DNA of 64,000 bases from Squalus acanthias (Eukaryota): NCBI GenBank assembly GCA_030390025.1, contig CM059450.1:1302001-1366000 (forward strand). Direction: 5' to 3'. This document shows positions 13,424 to 26,529 of this stretch, piece after piece. Each line of letters opens with the position of its first letter. Within the stretch, counting starts at the first letter, position 1. The notes under the pieces are model-generated. The model had not been told where the DNA came from. It did not search any database and saw nothing but the letters and a program-made list of their open reading frames with translations. A program made the translations under genes and the position numbers.

Positions 13424-13800
13424 AGCTTGTATTTATACAATTCTTTATCCCAAATTCAGGACATCACAAAATGTTTCACAGCCAATGAATTGCTGTTGAA
13501 GTGCAGTCACAACAGCAGCCATTTTGCACGTAGCAAGTTCCTGCAAAACAGTAAATGAGATGATTAATCATTTAATCGGTTTTGGTATTGGTTGAGGGAG
13601 AAATGTTGGCAAATGGGACATTGGTGAGATCCCTGTTCCAATTCAAATAGTGCCATCTGAAAGAGCACTTCTAACATTAGAGCTTCCCCTCCATTCCTCA
13701 TTAAATAGCAGCCCAGATTATGTGCTCAAATCATGGAGTGGAGCTTGAACACATAACCTTCTGACTCAGAAGCAAAGATGCCACCAGTTGAGTCAAGCTG
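13424..13800 (-). mobile_element. SacSINE1-like DeuSINE, degenerate
   Basis: Collinear with 33405-33836. Confidence 0.7.
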
Positions 13801-14789
13801 ATGCTCAAAAGTGCAAGATGGCTAATGAAGCAAGCTGCACTGAGCGTATGCTACCTTAACTATGATTAATTAAGAAAAAACCATCAGAAGATTGCCGATG
13901 AGAACTGGTAATTACACTAGGAAGAATGAATGCAGTGAGGGTAGATAAAAGCTAGCATACTGCATATTTAACACCTTTTCAATATTAGGCATGACATTAA
14001 CTGAATTCAGTTAGTGTTGGTTTCAGTGGATGTCATCACAAAATACAGTTTCACTTTTATGATGGACTTGCTGTTAATTATTTGTTAGATATTCGATTTA
14101 GTGGGTATAATTTTATAGAATCTGATTGTGAGGGAAAACCCTCAGTAATTTTGTCCATTGTTGTGTTACAACCCTATTCCTTCTTTGTAAAGGAATGATG
14201 ACTGTGATTAAGGCATGTTGTCCTTTTGTGTAAAGTCTTCATCATTCCCACCTCCCTCACCAGGACACCAAGAGGGAGAGAATTGATCCCTTGTTTAGGG
14301 GTGGTTGTGCTGATTATGATGCCAGAGTTGAATGGAGTATCAGAGACTGGTCACATTGTCTGCTTCCGGCTGCTTATTGTCCTGTTCTGTTTTTTAATGA
14401 TTGCACTGTGAATCTCTTAAGTAGCAGCCACTAGAGAAAATTAATTCAGTCAACTTAGAGGAAAAAGCTAAACTGCACTTGCCTTGCTACCAAAAGACAG
14501 AGTGATAATGTAAGCCCACAAAGATTTTAGTTTTTTTAATATTGTGAGAAACTTGTTCTAGTGTCTCTGGTTCCACGGAAATCCAACCAGCTGCAAGGTG
14601 AATGAATGTAAAACTACGTGAACTCACCAAGATCGGTGGTTAGGAAGACGTAATAAAAAGAGGACTTCCCAGCTGCAAGTCTTAGTGGGTCCCAGCAGTT
14701 TACATTCAGCTTGCAGCCAGCTCCACAAGACCTACAAGCAATAGCAGGGGTCTCACGCAATTTAAAAGCAGCTTTAAAGGAATGCTTTC

Positions 14790-16180
14790 AATGGTCTGAA
14801 AAAAATGGTTTGTAAAGAAGAGCAAAATATGAAAAAATCTAGTGTTACGAATACAAAGGAAAATCAAGCAGAATATAGAAAATCTAGTGGGGAAGCAAAA
14901 AGAAGGAAACCAGAAAGGCTAAAAGACAGGCAATAACGTAAAGGGATATAGTAAAGGGTTTACTAAACACCAGGTAAAAGAATAGTTGACGAAAAGTTAG
15001 GGTTGAATAGAGTTGAAAAAGAAAACTTATGAAGGATGGAGATACTAAATGAATACTTTACCTCTGATTTTACAGAAGAGTACGCTAGTGGGAAGAAAAA
15101 GGGTACAAGAGAAGGGAGTCGCGCAAGGAGATAAGATAATTATAGATAAAGAAGGAGTACTGTAAAATTGGTGGAACTCAGGTAGAAAAGTCACCAGGTC
15201 CTGATGGCTGCATCCTAGAATGGGGAAAGTCAGAGAGGCAACAGCAGAGGCTCTGACCAAAATCTTTCATGCATCCTTGTCTATGTATCCGAAGACTCGA
15301 GGGTTGTTCAAAAAGGAAGAGAGGGATAAAGTGGGTAACTGCAGACCAGTCAGCCTAACATAGGTAATGGGTAAGCTTCGACAGGACATAATACAGGATA
15401 AAAGATGTGGGTAAATTAAGGTTACCCAGCCTGTAATTTTAGTGAATTTTCGCTGTACCTTTTCCATGGCTGTAATATCTTTCCTATAAACTAGTGTCTA
15501 GAGTACTTCAGCTGTGGCTTAACTAATGTCTTGTACAAATTCAACATTATGTTCTTGCTTTTGTATTGAATGCCTCTCTTATATATATCCCAAAATTCTA
15601 TTTCCCTTTTTTTCAGTTTTTTTCTACCTGCATTCCCACTTATAAAGATTTATGAATTTGTATCCTTGGATCTCTTTATTCCTCATTAAGGACGTTATTC
15701 TTCAGGGTGTACTTAATTTCACTGTTGTTTGTCCCAAAATGTACCACACTTTTCTCTGCATTGAACTGCATCTGCTATCTACCTGCCCTATCTGCTAACT
15801 TGTCAGTCCTCTTGCATTCTTCCCCTTAGTTTGCTATACACTCTAATCTGGTATAAAAAAAACTTCCATTTCAATTTATGGTCCTGAGAGCTCTCGGCAC
15901 AGATCTGAGGCACAATATTACCTTAATGCTGCCAATTGGAAAAATATCTGTTTTGAAAAACTCTTCTGTCCCCAGGCTATCTCTCCATGCAGCAGCATTG
16001 CTTTTAATATTACGTGTCATCATTTTTTAACAGGTCTTTTCTCAAACACCATCTGCAAATACACACACACACACCCCTTCCCTCTGTCTTCTTCAAAACA
16101 TTCAGTTAAATTAGACATACCGACCTGCCCTTTATACATCCCTGCTGATTAGTCTGTGCCACTCTAAGTGTTCAGTAATT
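14790..16180. mobile_element. Old degenerate CR1 ORF2 pieces (plus strand about 14790-15430, minus strand about 15455-16180)
   Basis: Remnants of KSPGPDG..HPR and GNxRPVSLT on +; EKVQRKFT on -. Confidence 0.7.
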
Positions 16181-16568
16181 TCATCCTGTATTATGGATGA
16201 ATACTGTTCACCTACTGCAATCTGCTTGATGTGGATGAGCCTTTTCCTTCAGAGAATGTTCACATTGAATAAACTATCCAATATTACGAAGAAAACGTTG
16301 TGTGCGGATATGGACACTGTTGGATTGTTCTGGCTGGGCAGTGTTTAATGTCATGTGATAGAGCACCATACTATTGCTCACGGTCTGATTTTTCAATCCC
16401 AGCCTCCTCTGTCACGGAAGGTGGGGGGTGATGTGAATGATCAGTTTTCACTGGCATTTACATTTTGTAAAAAGCATCTCCTTGCCAGTAGAATTGTATC
16501 CCCACCCACCCCAGTTGCATGATAAACCAGTGTATTTTAATGTTTCCTCATGAAAACAGAATTCAGCA

Positions 16569-16581
16569 GTTGCTAGGCAAC
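16569..16581. promoter_or_regulatory. RFX X-box
   Basis: GTTGCTAGGCAAC. Confidence 0.45.
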
Positions 16582-18117
16582 AAAACAACTCGTGATCCAC
16601 AATTTAATGAGGACCAGTAAAGACTCTGGACCTGAGGTCAGCTTGTGACAAATTAGTGACTTTTTTTGTCTTCCAGCATACAGTGGCTGTTTTTTAATTT
16701 TATACTAACGCAATCTTTCTGACCCTTCCTACCAGACCTTTCAACTCCTTAAGGATCCAACCCTTATGCACTGTACATAACCAAAATGTTCAAGGATTAA
16801 GGCCTAGTTTTATTTTAGATTCATTTTGGCCAACTGGCAGCACTACTGCCTTTTACGGTGTTGTTTTCTCTTCTATTTGGTCATGCCATCAGAGAAGCAG
16901 TCCAAACTTAAGATTAAGAGGAGGTAATATATAAAAGGCTTTTGCGGGCTCCGTCTGTTCCAGGCTGGGTGTCGGCTCTTTGAAGTTGAACTTCACACTG
17001 TCGTGCTGTTGCGTTCTTTTTTTAAAGCGCTCCCACTGTCTCAGCACCCCTTCCCACCCCGCTCCACTTGGATTAGTATGCTCGAAATCTTGAATCCATA
17101 AATCTTGTACTTTCTCATCACTTCAGTATGATCAAATGTTTTTGCCATTCTCATCAGTCAGATGTGGAAAACTCTGCTGGATTTTACAACACAAGTTTTC
17201 AACTACAACTACTACCTGGGAATGGGTCGATATTTGCAGGGGATCCCACACAAATGTTTGAAAGCCACTGCTCTACACCAGCATGTAGACTGGCTCATAC
17301 CAGAATAACATACACAATTACTGTATTGGAGTCTGTCACTGACTGCAGCATGATACTGCCATATTTAGACATTAGGGAGCAATGAGACTGGTGTCCCGTG
17401 AACACTTTCATTGTGTTATAGACCTGTAGTGCACACCAATTGAGTATAACCAAAGATAAGTCTGTACCGAGAGTCACAGTTGTGTAATGTCAATATGAGA
17501 CCGTGCCGCAGAGTGAAATGGTTGCTGTGTTGTGCTGTTAACTCTTTGTGTTTCAAAACCAGCGATTTGAAAATAGCTTGATAATTTCTATCTGCCTTTT
17601 TGTATGTTAAAATTTCATTTAAAAAGGGTACTATATAGTAAAAGTATTTCTAATCTAAATCCTTGGGAATACCTTCTGCAAAGGAATAAAAATAGAAACC
17701 ACTGGAAATACACAGGTCTGTCAGCATCTGGAAAGAAGAGAGACCGGTTACAGGCTCAGGTCGAGGCCCTTTGTCCCAGAGACATTAACCTGTCAATTCT
17801 CTTCGCAGATGCTGACTGACGCTGTATTTCCAATATTTTCTTGTATTTCGGATTTTCAGCAATTGCAGTTTATCTTTTTAGCTGTACTAGAAATGTCATT
17901 ATTTCTAAAATTCCTGGTAATTTCTAAAATTTCTGGTCTTACAAATGAGCAGGCATTTTGCCGCAGTAGTCTGGGGAGAACAGATCTTGCAGGATTGTTA
18001 TTGAAGTCTAAATGTGATCATGTCATTCAGGTCATTGAATGCTGCACATTTAAACCCTGTCCAAGAATGTCATGAGAAACGTTCCTCAAATGTCATTTTT
18101 CATTCATCTTTCTTCAG

Positions 18118-18366
18118 GGTAGCCAGGAGCCAGCAGCCACCCCAGACGCTATGGTACAGCCGTACGCTACAGTTCCATTCCCTCCCCCTCCTCCTCCTCC
18201 TCCACAGAATGGAATTCCAACAGAATACACTGTTCCACACACTCAGGACTACACAGGCCAGACGCCAGTCCCAGACCATACTCTGAATATCTACGCATCC
18301 AGTCAGACCCTTGGGGAACAGAGTGGCACAATTGCCAATGTGCAGCCTGTATCTGGAACCGCCACA
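18118..18366 (+). CDS. RBFOX2: RBFOX2 coding exon, 249 nt ([15 protein letters not shown]...VSGTAT), phase 0/0
   Basis: tctttcttcAG acceptor at 18116-17, GTAAGT donor at 18367; resembles the [21 protein letters not shown] exon; internal ATG at 18151. Confidence 0.95.
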
Positions 18367-19234
18367 GTAAGTCAAAATCCAGGCTTTAGTCTTCATCCTA
18401 CATAGTGATGCGATGCAAAAAAAAGTTAAATTTTATATATCAAGTTATTTTAATGATATCAGCACAAGCTTACTATTACAACCACAGCAAGAATCAAATA
18501 TATAGAGCGCATGGTTTACATATGGGCAGTCATGCCATTTTTATATTCCATTTATAGAAGTAATTTCATATTTGACTAGCTCTAGCCAATCTTATACTGC
18601 AGGGTGGATTGGGTGACCACAGCCCAAGATTTGCATGTGTCTAGTTGCTCATGAATGAGACTTTAAAGCAAATGCGCAGTTAGTGCAAATTTACATTTGT
18701 GACTTTTTCAATTAGGGAAGGCCAGCTAAGGTGGAAGTGCAGTGTCTGTTGGTACGGGTCAGCCAGCCCGCAGCAAGAGCCAAGGTCATCCACATTATGT
18801 AAGTGCTGCCAGCAGAATCCATATAGCTTTTCCAATAGTGGCACTTCCTATCTGAGGCACTTGGCAAAAGCCCTGCCCTATGAGGGATTTACTGGTTCCA
18901 AGGGCACTGGTACACCACATCGTCGTCTCCTTGTGGGCTTTTGCAGTCTGAGGGAATATAGTGAGATAAACGGTCCTTAAAAACACACAAAAGTCTCCAC
19001 TGTAATACATTGGAAACGTTTTATGACACTGAGCCACAGTAGTAGTTTGTACATGCTAGTTAAACTGTCATCATTGAATGAAAATAGCCCACACGAATGA
19101 AGTGCTCCCCTCCAATGTTTGTGCCCCTTGCACCTGTCCACACTTTTGCTAATTTAAACATAAGCCGACTCATTTGTAAACAGCTGTTCACTCATATTTG
19201 CACCTTCTAGGCTGTTCAGGGTGATGCCAGGAAG

Positions 19235-19445
19235 CAAAGGGTAGTGGAAAACTCTCCTCAAAATCTGTTGAGGCGAGGGCAATTGAAAATTAAAAAACTG
19301 AGATTGATGGATTTTTGTTACACAAGGGTATTAAAGGTTAAGGAACCAAGACGGATAGATGGCGTTAAGATACAGATCAGCCATGATCTAATTGAATGGC
19401 AGAACAGGCTTGAGCGGCTGAATGGCTTCCTCCTATTCCTACGGC
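19235..19445 (+). mobile_element. CR1 3' end fragment
   Basis: GATCAGCCATGATCTAATTGAATGGCAGAACAGGCTTGAG..GAATGGC matches the CR1 3' UTR. Confidence 0.8.
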
Positions 19446-20599
19446 TGTTACATTTGTATGCAACCTCATCCCAATCCAATGTCCATTTTTACCCTGTATG
19501 AAGGGAGCTCCCAAAGTCCTGCCCTGTGGTAAAATTGGGGCAGTTTCATCAGCAGCAAGATAACGGATACCAGATTTGCCTGAATTTTCATTTGACTTAA
19601 ACTTTTATTTTACTGTTTATACAACAGATTAGAAATTAGCTCATAATTAACTGATCTAATTCACATCTAATCTTCACACCGACTACTACTGCCTCAAGCG
19701 CTGAACTGTTGGATATTGGGAAATCAGGACAGATTAATTCTCAGAACAGCCCCAGTTTTCTGCTGGAAAATTAAAATTTTTCTAAACCATTTAGATGGTT
19801 ATTTGAGAACGTTAGAACTGTACATATGAGATATTTGATGGTCTGGGTGTGTAGTAAACTGTGCTGACTTTAACACTAGTAAGATAAATTGTAGAATTTT
19901 TTTTTGGGCACCTTTTATACTTTGAATGCACTGCAAAGGTCCCAACTCTAATTAAATGACCTGTATCCTAGTTCAACCCTATATCTTGGCTGCTCATTGT
20001 GAAAGATATCCATAAATGGACACAAGAAGTATACCTTGTGCATGCACAGTTGAGCATATTGGATGGTGGCGATAGATGAATTGACTGCTGAGGGAGTGAG
20101 TGCTTAAATCTCACGTTTGAAATTTTCTAAGTGGCCACATGTACGCAGCTGTCTGCAGATATATTCAAATAAAAATAAAACCTTGCTATCAAAATGATTA
20201 TTCAGATTGTTGCGGGTGAGTTTTTAAATTACTGCAGTTTTACTTGAAGCTCACTAATTTGGCTATCAGGCAACTTGCACGGCATTCATCAAACAGGCTG
20301 ACATAGACGTAGGAACAGCTGCTCTGCCTGTTTGAAAGGATGTTTGTCTTAACAGTGCACCAAGAGGCCTGAAAGGCCCCCACTGTCGACACCTGATGCC
20401 ACACACAGCCGCCAAACCAGTCCAGCCTGTTCAGTCCCACCAGCCCTCCCTCCCCCTCGCCCTGAACTCCAGTGCTGACATCTGCAGACAGCTGCACATG
20501 TGGGGCCACAGAAACATTTTCAAAGGACACCATTTCAAAACCCGTTTCCTTCATTTTCCTTAAGCAGCAACATTTGGTTATGAAATAAAGTTGGAAAAT

Positions 20600-20613
20600 G
20601 TTGCCGTGGCAAC
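20600..20613. promoter_or_regulatory. RFX X-box
   Basis: GTTGCCGTGGCAAC. Confidence 0.45.
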
Positions 20614-22919
20614 ACCCAGGAGGTTTGTAGAATGTTGTACAGTGCCATAGCTCTAAAACGTTCTACAGTACCTCCCTTTCTGACTCGCTTTCAGTTTCAC
20701 AATTCTGAGCATGGACTTGTGTATATAATCCATTGGTACAAAATACCTGCCTGGGCTACAATTACATAAACATCTTTGAGTTGGGGAGAGCTGGGTCCAC
20801 CAGCAATTCTGGTCTCTCTCCTTGTCTAAGTATATTTTGAACCAGTGACATATGGTGCCTGAAAATTCCCTAATGTTTGATAGAAGAATGCAGTAATTTA
20901 TATTTTGCAGTGTGTCATGTTCTCATAAAATGCACAGACCTTTTTATCGCACAGCCATTCATTCTTTATTTAGATGCTGATGGTTGTCAGGTGACTTTCT
21001 TGGATGGCAGGGTAGAAGAGTCTGATTAAAATACTTAAGGTGGAGCCCAGCAGCGTGGCTGCCGAATCCAGCTGGTCACATGCTTTGCGTTCAGGGGAAG
21101 GGGCTGCAACCGTACAGTGCTCATGCATTCAGAGACCCTAGAAAGAAAGGGAAAGAAATTGCATTTCCACAAGTCCTACAACTAACTGAGTCCACAAGTG
21201 CCACGCTCTGGAGAGAAGTGATGCTAATTGAAGTAAATTCATTCTTTGTTCTTATTCAAATGCTTTTCAGTAGTTTGAGTTTAGCGTTTGGAAGGGGCGC
21301 TATGTCGTGGCATGACTGTGAATTAACATTGCCTTTCTTGTGAGCTTGATGACACTTGTAAATGTGACACCAGAAAGCAGCTGAGCACAGAAAAATGTGT
21401 TAATCTTTCACACCTGTGGGGACGCTGGGGTTCTGCAGGGCAATCCATTCACAGTTCAGCTGTTTGGTGACAAATTCAGTTGAGCAAGAATGGAAATGAA
21501 CTCTTATGCAGCTCAGGATTCGGAGGAAAAACTCTAGTGGGATAGACAAGCAGCTCTTTGGCATCCATTTTTCAGTCACCCTTACCCGTCGTTTCACAAG
21601 TCCTACCATGCTTACCATGTCTTTATTTCCATTATACTTCATACCACAGTTCTGAATGAAACTAGAATTGAGCACATTTGGGTATCAAATCTTCAGTGAT
21701 CCTGCTGGTGGTCAGCAGACAGTCCACTTTTAGAGCTGGCCCCAGTAATTGTAGTGTTTCAAAAAACAGATAGGAAAAGTCCGGCATTTTGATAGTTGTA
21801 TTAAAAAAACATTTGATTTTTATTTCTTAAATGCAACTGTATGCATGCATGAGTTGACCCAACTTGTGTTCATGTACGTAGGAACAGATTTGTTTTGTGC
21901 AGGTGTACAGTGTGTTTTTTGAAAGCCTTGCCCTGTCTGATTTTGCAGTGGCAGCTTACCTTGATATATTGGTGAAACGTGCAGCTCAACTGATGGCTCA
22001 GTGCTGGAATGGATTATGAGGCATGCTGTTTCGATATTCAGATCAGTAAGGTCTCGCGTCTTATCCTGGTCTCTACTGATGTCAGCTGTGGGGCTACAGT
22101 TGATCTCAACATCCCCTAAGGTGGTGGGGGTGGGGGGGGAATTAGCTATCCACTGACCCTTGCTGGAAAATGTAAGTGTGTTGATTTTAATGAGTTTCAG
22201 TGATGCCTTCCAGCATCCTGCCGACACACTGTTAAGCTTCACATATGAAGTGTGGCCAGTTGGGCAAGATATTGAGGGACTGTTGGCATTTGTTTGAGAA
22301 CTCTCTAACACCAACCGGGGATGTCCAATCTTTTTGAAGCAGAGGCCAGATACAGGTGCCACAACTCGTGAGTGGGCTGCATATAATTAAGCAGAAATAA
22401 AAGTGCGAGGTCACTTGACGCAGAAAATTCAAGGCCTCCATATATAAAGGTCAAACCACTATGCGTACCATGTGGAAACCACCTAGACATACAGCGCATG
22501 AAGCTCCCAGCTTCGGTCCCCTGTTTGTGTTGAGTTAGCAATTCAGCTGGTGAGGCAAAGGGCTGCTTCAAGACTCTGCATCCTCAGGGGAGAAATTGTG
22601 CAGATGGAGAATCATTTAAACATTTTTTTCCAAGGAAACTGAAATGTATTTGCAGGACCAAGTAGAACTGTCCCATTATAAACCAGATACCAGTTTGTAG
22701 CGCCAAATCCTCTATGAATAGTGTTGAATCTACAAATATTGCTGATTTGAAGAACTAGAATTTTAATTGTGTGGCCATAATTGTTTGCAGTTTTATGGAG
22801 CTGCATGAAGCATGATGAATATAGTGGACGATTAAAACACATTAGCTATTGCAGGTACACAGAAATGTTTAAGTGAAATGTTCATTTTAATCATAGTCCG
22901 ATTCATTTTTATCTTTCAG

Positions 22920-23063
22920 CAGACAGATGAAGCAGCACAGACGGACGGACAGCAGCAAACACAGAGTACCGAGAGCAGTGAGAGCAAACCCATCCCTAAA
23001 CGGCTTCATGTCTCCAACATTCCCTTCCGCTTCCGTGATCCTGACCTCAGGCAAATGTTTGGG
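22920..23063 (+). CDS. RBFOX2: RBFOX2 coding exon, 144 nt (QTDEAAQ...[22 protein letters not shown]), RRM start/RNP2
   Basis: CAGCAG tandem acceptor (exon start 22920 or 22923), GTAAGG donor at 23064. Confidence 0.97.
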
Positions 23064-24899
23064 GTAAGGGATGAGCTTTTACTGGAACTCTGTTCAGAGA
23101 TTCATACTAAAATATTTTCCCATTAGAGTTTGTGGAGTTACCCCAGGCAGGGAATTTACCAGTGACACTTGTGCAAGAATTTTACCTCCTAATAAAAGAC
23201 TAAAAAATGCCACATGGAATAATATGAAGAGATTGGCTTGTACAGTTGTTTATAACACTGAATTTTAATCTCTGGAACCTGGGTTCTAGTCTCCCGACCA
23301 CAGCGAGGAAGGTTGTCCTGTCTCTGATTGCTGGAAAGGTCCTATGTGAAGTGAATCGGACAGTGTCATTCCAGTTTTGAATAGCTGCAATTCAGCAGCA
23401 TAAAATTGTCTGTTACTGGTTCAGGTTCATATATGAACTTCACTGGAATGTTCTGTTCATTCATACACGATGTATCTAAATGTTTGGCATATCTGTTTCA
23501 ACTTGGAGTTATTTTGATGTTATTAAATTGGCAAGTGTTGTTCCTAAGCTTATTTAGTGTATTGGTACTAATATGCAGGAGGAAAGGTTGCACTAGCGTC
23601 AATGCTCGTGTGTATACTGTGGCCGAGGGTTGCCAGCTTTGCTTGGACGTATTCCTGGAGGTTTCATCCCATGACGTCTCAACTCCAATCGCCCCGCCCA
23701 GGCAAACAGCCTCTTCCTATCTGCAATATTTTTTAAACTAATATGTTCAAAGAAAATGAAAAAAAATACAGCATTTTATTTCTAATGCCCCTACGATTTT
23801 TCTCTTGGATTACTCGTAACAGTGTCCAGGAGATTAATCTTTAATTGCTGGAGACCCCAGGACAATCCTGGCGGGTTGGCAACCCTACTGTCACCTCAAA
23901 TTATCATCTTAAATTGCTCTCGGACCTGTCATCATTAATAGCAACCCTGTTGCTGCATACAGTTCAAAATGCTTTCTCTCCAGACACAATTCAGGGTTGG
24001 GAGGACAACATCGATAATTTCACTGCTGAGTGTTACTCTCAGTTCAAGTCGGCAGAGTAGGAACATTACTAATGTTCACTATTTTGCTTTACTGGAATCC
24101 TAGTGACACCATGCAGGCCCTTATCTAATCTATTTGGGTGAGGTACTGGAAAGTGTTTGGCACCCCGGAATCGTACTCCAGCAATGCCTTGGGGGGAAGG
24201 AGAAACATTTGGCAGAAACAAATTGTGAAGAAAACTTAAAAATGGAAATTCCACGCTGGTTTAATAGGGGCTAAAATGTATTGGTAAGTTAATGTAAAGG
24301 GAACTTTACATTTAATGTGTGAGCATTGGAAATCCGTGCTATTAAAGATATAATGGGATATCAATGGCGTGAGAAATGTCCACACTGGATTAGTTAATCC
24401 TCTATTCTCTGATTGGATCGTTTATTAGAGTCTTTGATAGACAAATTCTGCCCAAATTTGTTATCTCATCCTTTGCTGTCCCAGATGTTAAACGTACACA
24501 ATTGCCAACCTTGGATTTACAGAGTTTCTGAGTTTTGGAATGAACTGAAGAATTGTAGAACAAAGCCATCAAACATTGACATTTTGTTTGATGCTCAATT
24601 TTACAAACAAACTTAATGAAGTTTAATATCAAAGGACATAAAGGGGTATGTTAGACAGTTACACACAAAAGATTTGACCTATCCCTCCAGCGGTTACACT
24701 TAATGAAGTTAAGTGCATTATAGTTGGTTTAATATTTGCCATGTTTGAATTTGGATTCTGGGATGCCAGTGGCAGTGAGCTGCTCTATTAATCTAGCCAC
24801 TTATCCTGGCTAGGATAATGGAGCTAGATTTAGCAGTGTAAACCCCGGGAGCCAGATTGCCAGTCTCCTGGAATCTGAATTAAAGTGGTGCCGGTGTAA

Positions 24900-25325
24900 A
24901 ACAACAACTTGCATTTACATAGCTCCTTCAATGTAGAAAAATGTCCCAAAGCCCTTCATAGCCCTAATCAAAAAAAGGCAACTGAGCCAAAGAAAGAGAT
25001 ATTAGGGAGCATAAATGCTTGGTCAAAGAGGTGGGTTTTAAAGATAGTCTTGGAGGAGAGAGAGGTGGCGAGCAGAGGATTATAGGGAGGGAGTTCCAGA
25101 GCGTGGGCCTTGACAGCTGAAAGCACTGCTGTCAATGGTGGGCTGAAGGGGGGGGGTTGCACAAGAGGCCAGAGTCTCCGCGACGGAGAGTTTGGGGGAC
25201 ACCAGCTGCAGGGCTGGAGGAAGTTATAGAGATGGGGAGGGGCGAGGCCTTGAAGAGATTTAAGCATGAGGATGAGAATTTTAAATTTGAGACCTATGGG
25301 GACAAGGTGCCAGTGTAGGCCAGCA
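24900..25325 (-). mobile_element. L2-clade LINE 3' fragment
   Basis: LKSLQGLAPPHLYNFLQP..FKTHLFDQAF. Confidence 0.8.
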
Positions 25326-26475
25326 TATTCATTATATATTCAAGTTCTTTCTATCTGTAACTGGACAGTAGGAGTTGCACGTTTACTCTGGGTTTGCTGC
25401 CAGTTTAGCAAGACCCACGTATCAGAAGCTGGCAGCATTAACGCCACATTAGCATCAATATAAAAGCAGCTATACTGAGCAAAATGTAACCTGAAGATTC
25501 AAAAGCCCCTTACAGTGAATCATTTGGATTTTTACCTGGTCCAGTCAGTTAAATTACTTCATTTCAATAGGGAACTAACTGTTAGATCAGTGCCCTTTTG
25601 CCTTTGAGAGCTGCTTTCAGAGCCAGCCAGCTAGAGGCAGGTGGAAGCTTTCTTCGTTTTTCTCTCAGTATCTCAATTTTCAAGCATCATGCTACTTTTA
25701 GTTCAGTGATTTGGGTTTATATCAAGTCAAACCGGGTGGGTGGGGGTGGGAGCTAAAGTTTTCAATGCGGCCCATGCAAATCCTGATGTGTGTTAGAACC
25801 CTGTGCTGCTTTCACTTCTGAGAAAGGATTTATCCCTGCTGGACAGAAGCGGGAGGAGGGTGGGAGGGTTGGCAAAAAGCGATCACCTTCTATTGGGACC
25901 CGAAAGTCTGACTGTGTTTAAGCAGCATTTCAGCTTTGGAGCTGGATTCAAATCCATGCCAGACAGAACAGAACAATTGGATTAAAGGGCATGTTACACA
26001 CTTGCTTGGTGCTTAATGGGTAAATCACTGACTAGTGGGGGTGCTGATCCATAAAGACCAATGGTCCTGGATTTGATCTCCGCTTTGTACAGTGGTAGGT
26101 AACTTCAGCTAGGAGCAGTGGTTCCACTATTAAGTCCTAGTCTTAGTACCATAAAATAAGTCAGCATTCCTGATCCTGATCATTATCCGGTGATTCCTGC
26201 TCGAAAGTGCATGTCCGTGAATGAGAGACGGGATCAGACTCTGTTGTGATATCCCTCATGGTTAAATAGCCTTTCATTGACGCCTACTGGCTAAAATCAA
26301 TCAAGAAGAATGACCTCTTGAGTGAGTTACTGAAGGGCTACTAGTACTCACGGAACTCTGTCCCAGCACCGTAAGAGAAATGGGGAAAGTACAGTATGTG
26401 AAATAGAGTTGTGTATAGAGCAGAATTTTGAACTGACATGTATACTAACCAACTTATTTTTTTTCTTCTCTGCAG

Positions 26476-26529
26476 CAATTTGGTAAAATCATAGATGTAG
26501 AAATTATATTTAATGAGCGCGGCTCAAAG
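26476..26529 (+). CDS. RBFOX2: RBFOX2 coding exon, 54 nt (QFGKIIDVEIIFNERGSK)
   Basis: TACTAAC branch point 26443-26449, pyrimidine tract, tgcAG acceptor, AAG|GTAAGC donor. Confidence 0.97.

Noticed and set aside
1-18117. An upstream RBFOX2 first coding exon (e.g. MEKKKMVTQ type)
   Set aside because: No matching sequence with a phase-0 donor was recognised; it probably lies upstream of the window.
21820-22362. 180-aa minus-strand ORF and other 60-140 aa ORFs in the track
   Set aside because: No recognisable domains; they overlap degenerate SINEs or intron sequence at chance-expected lengths.
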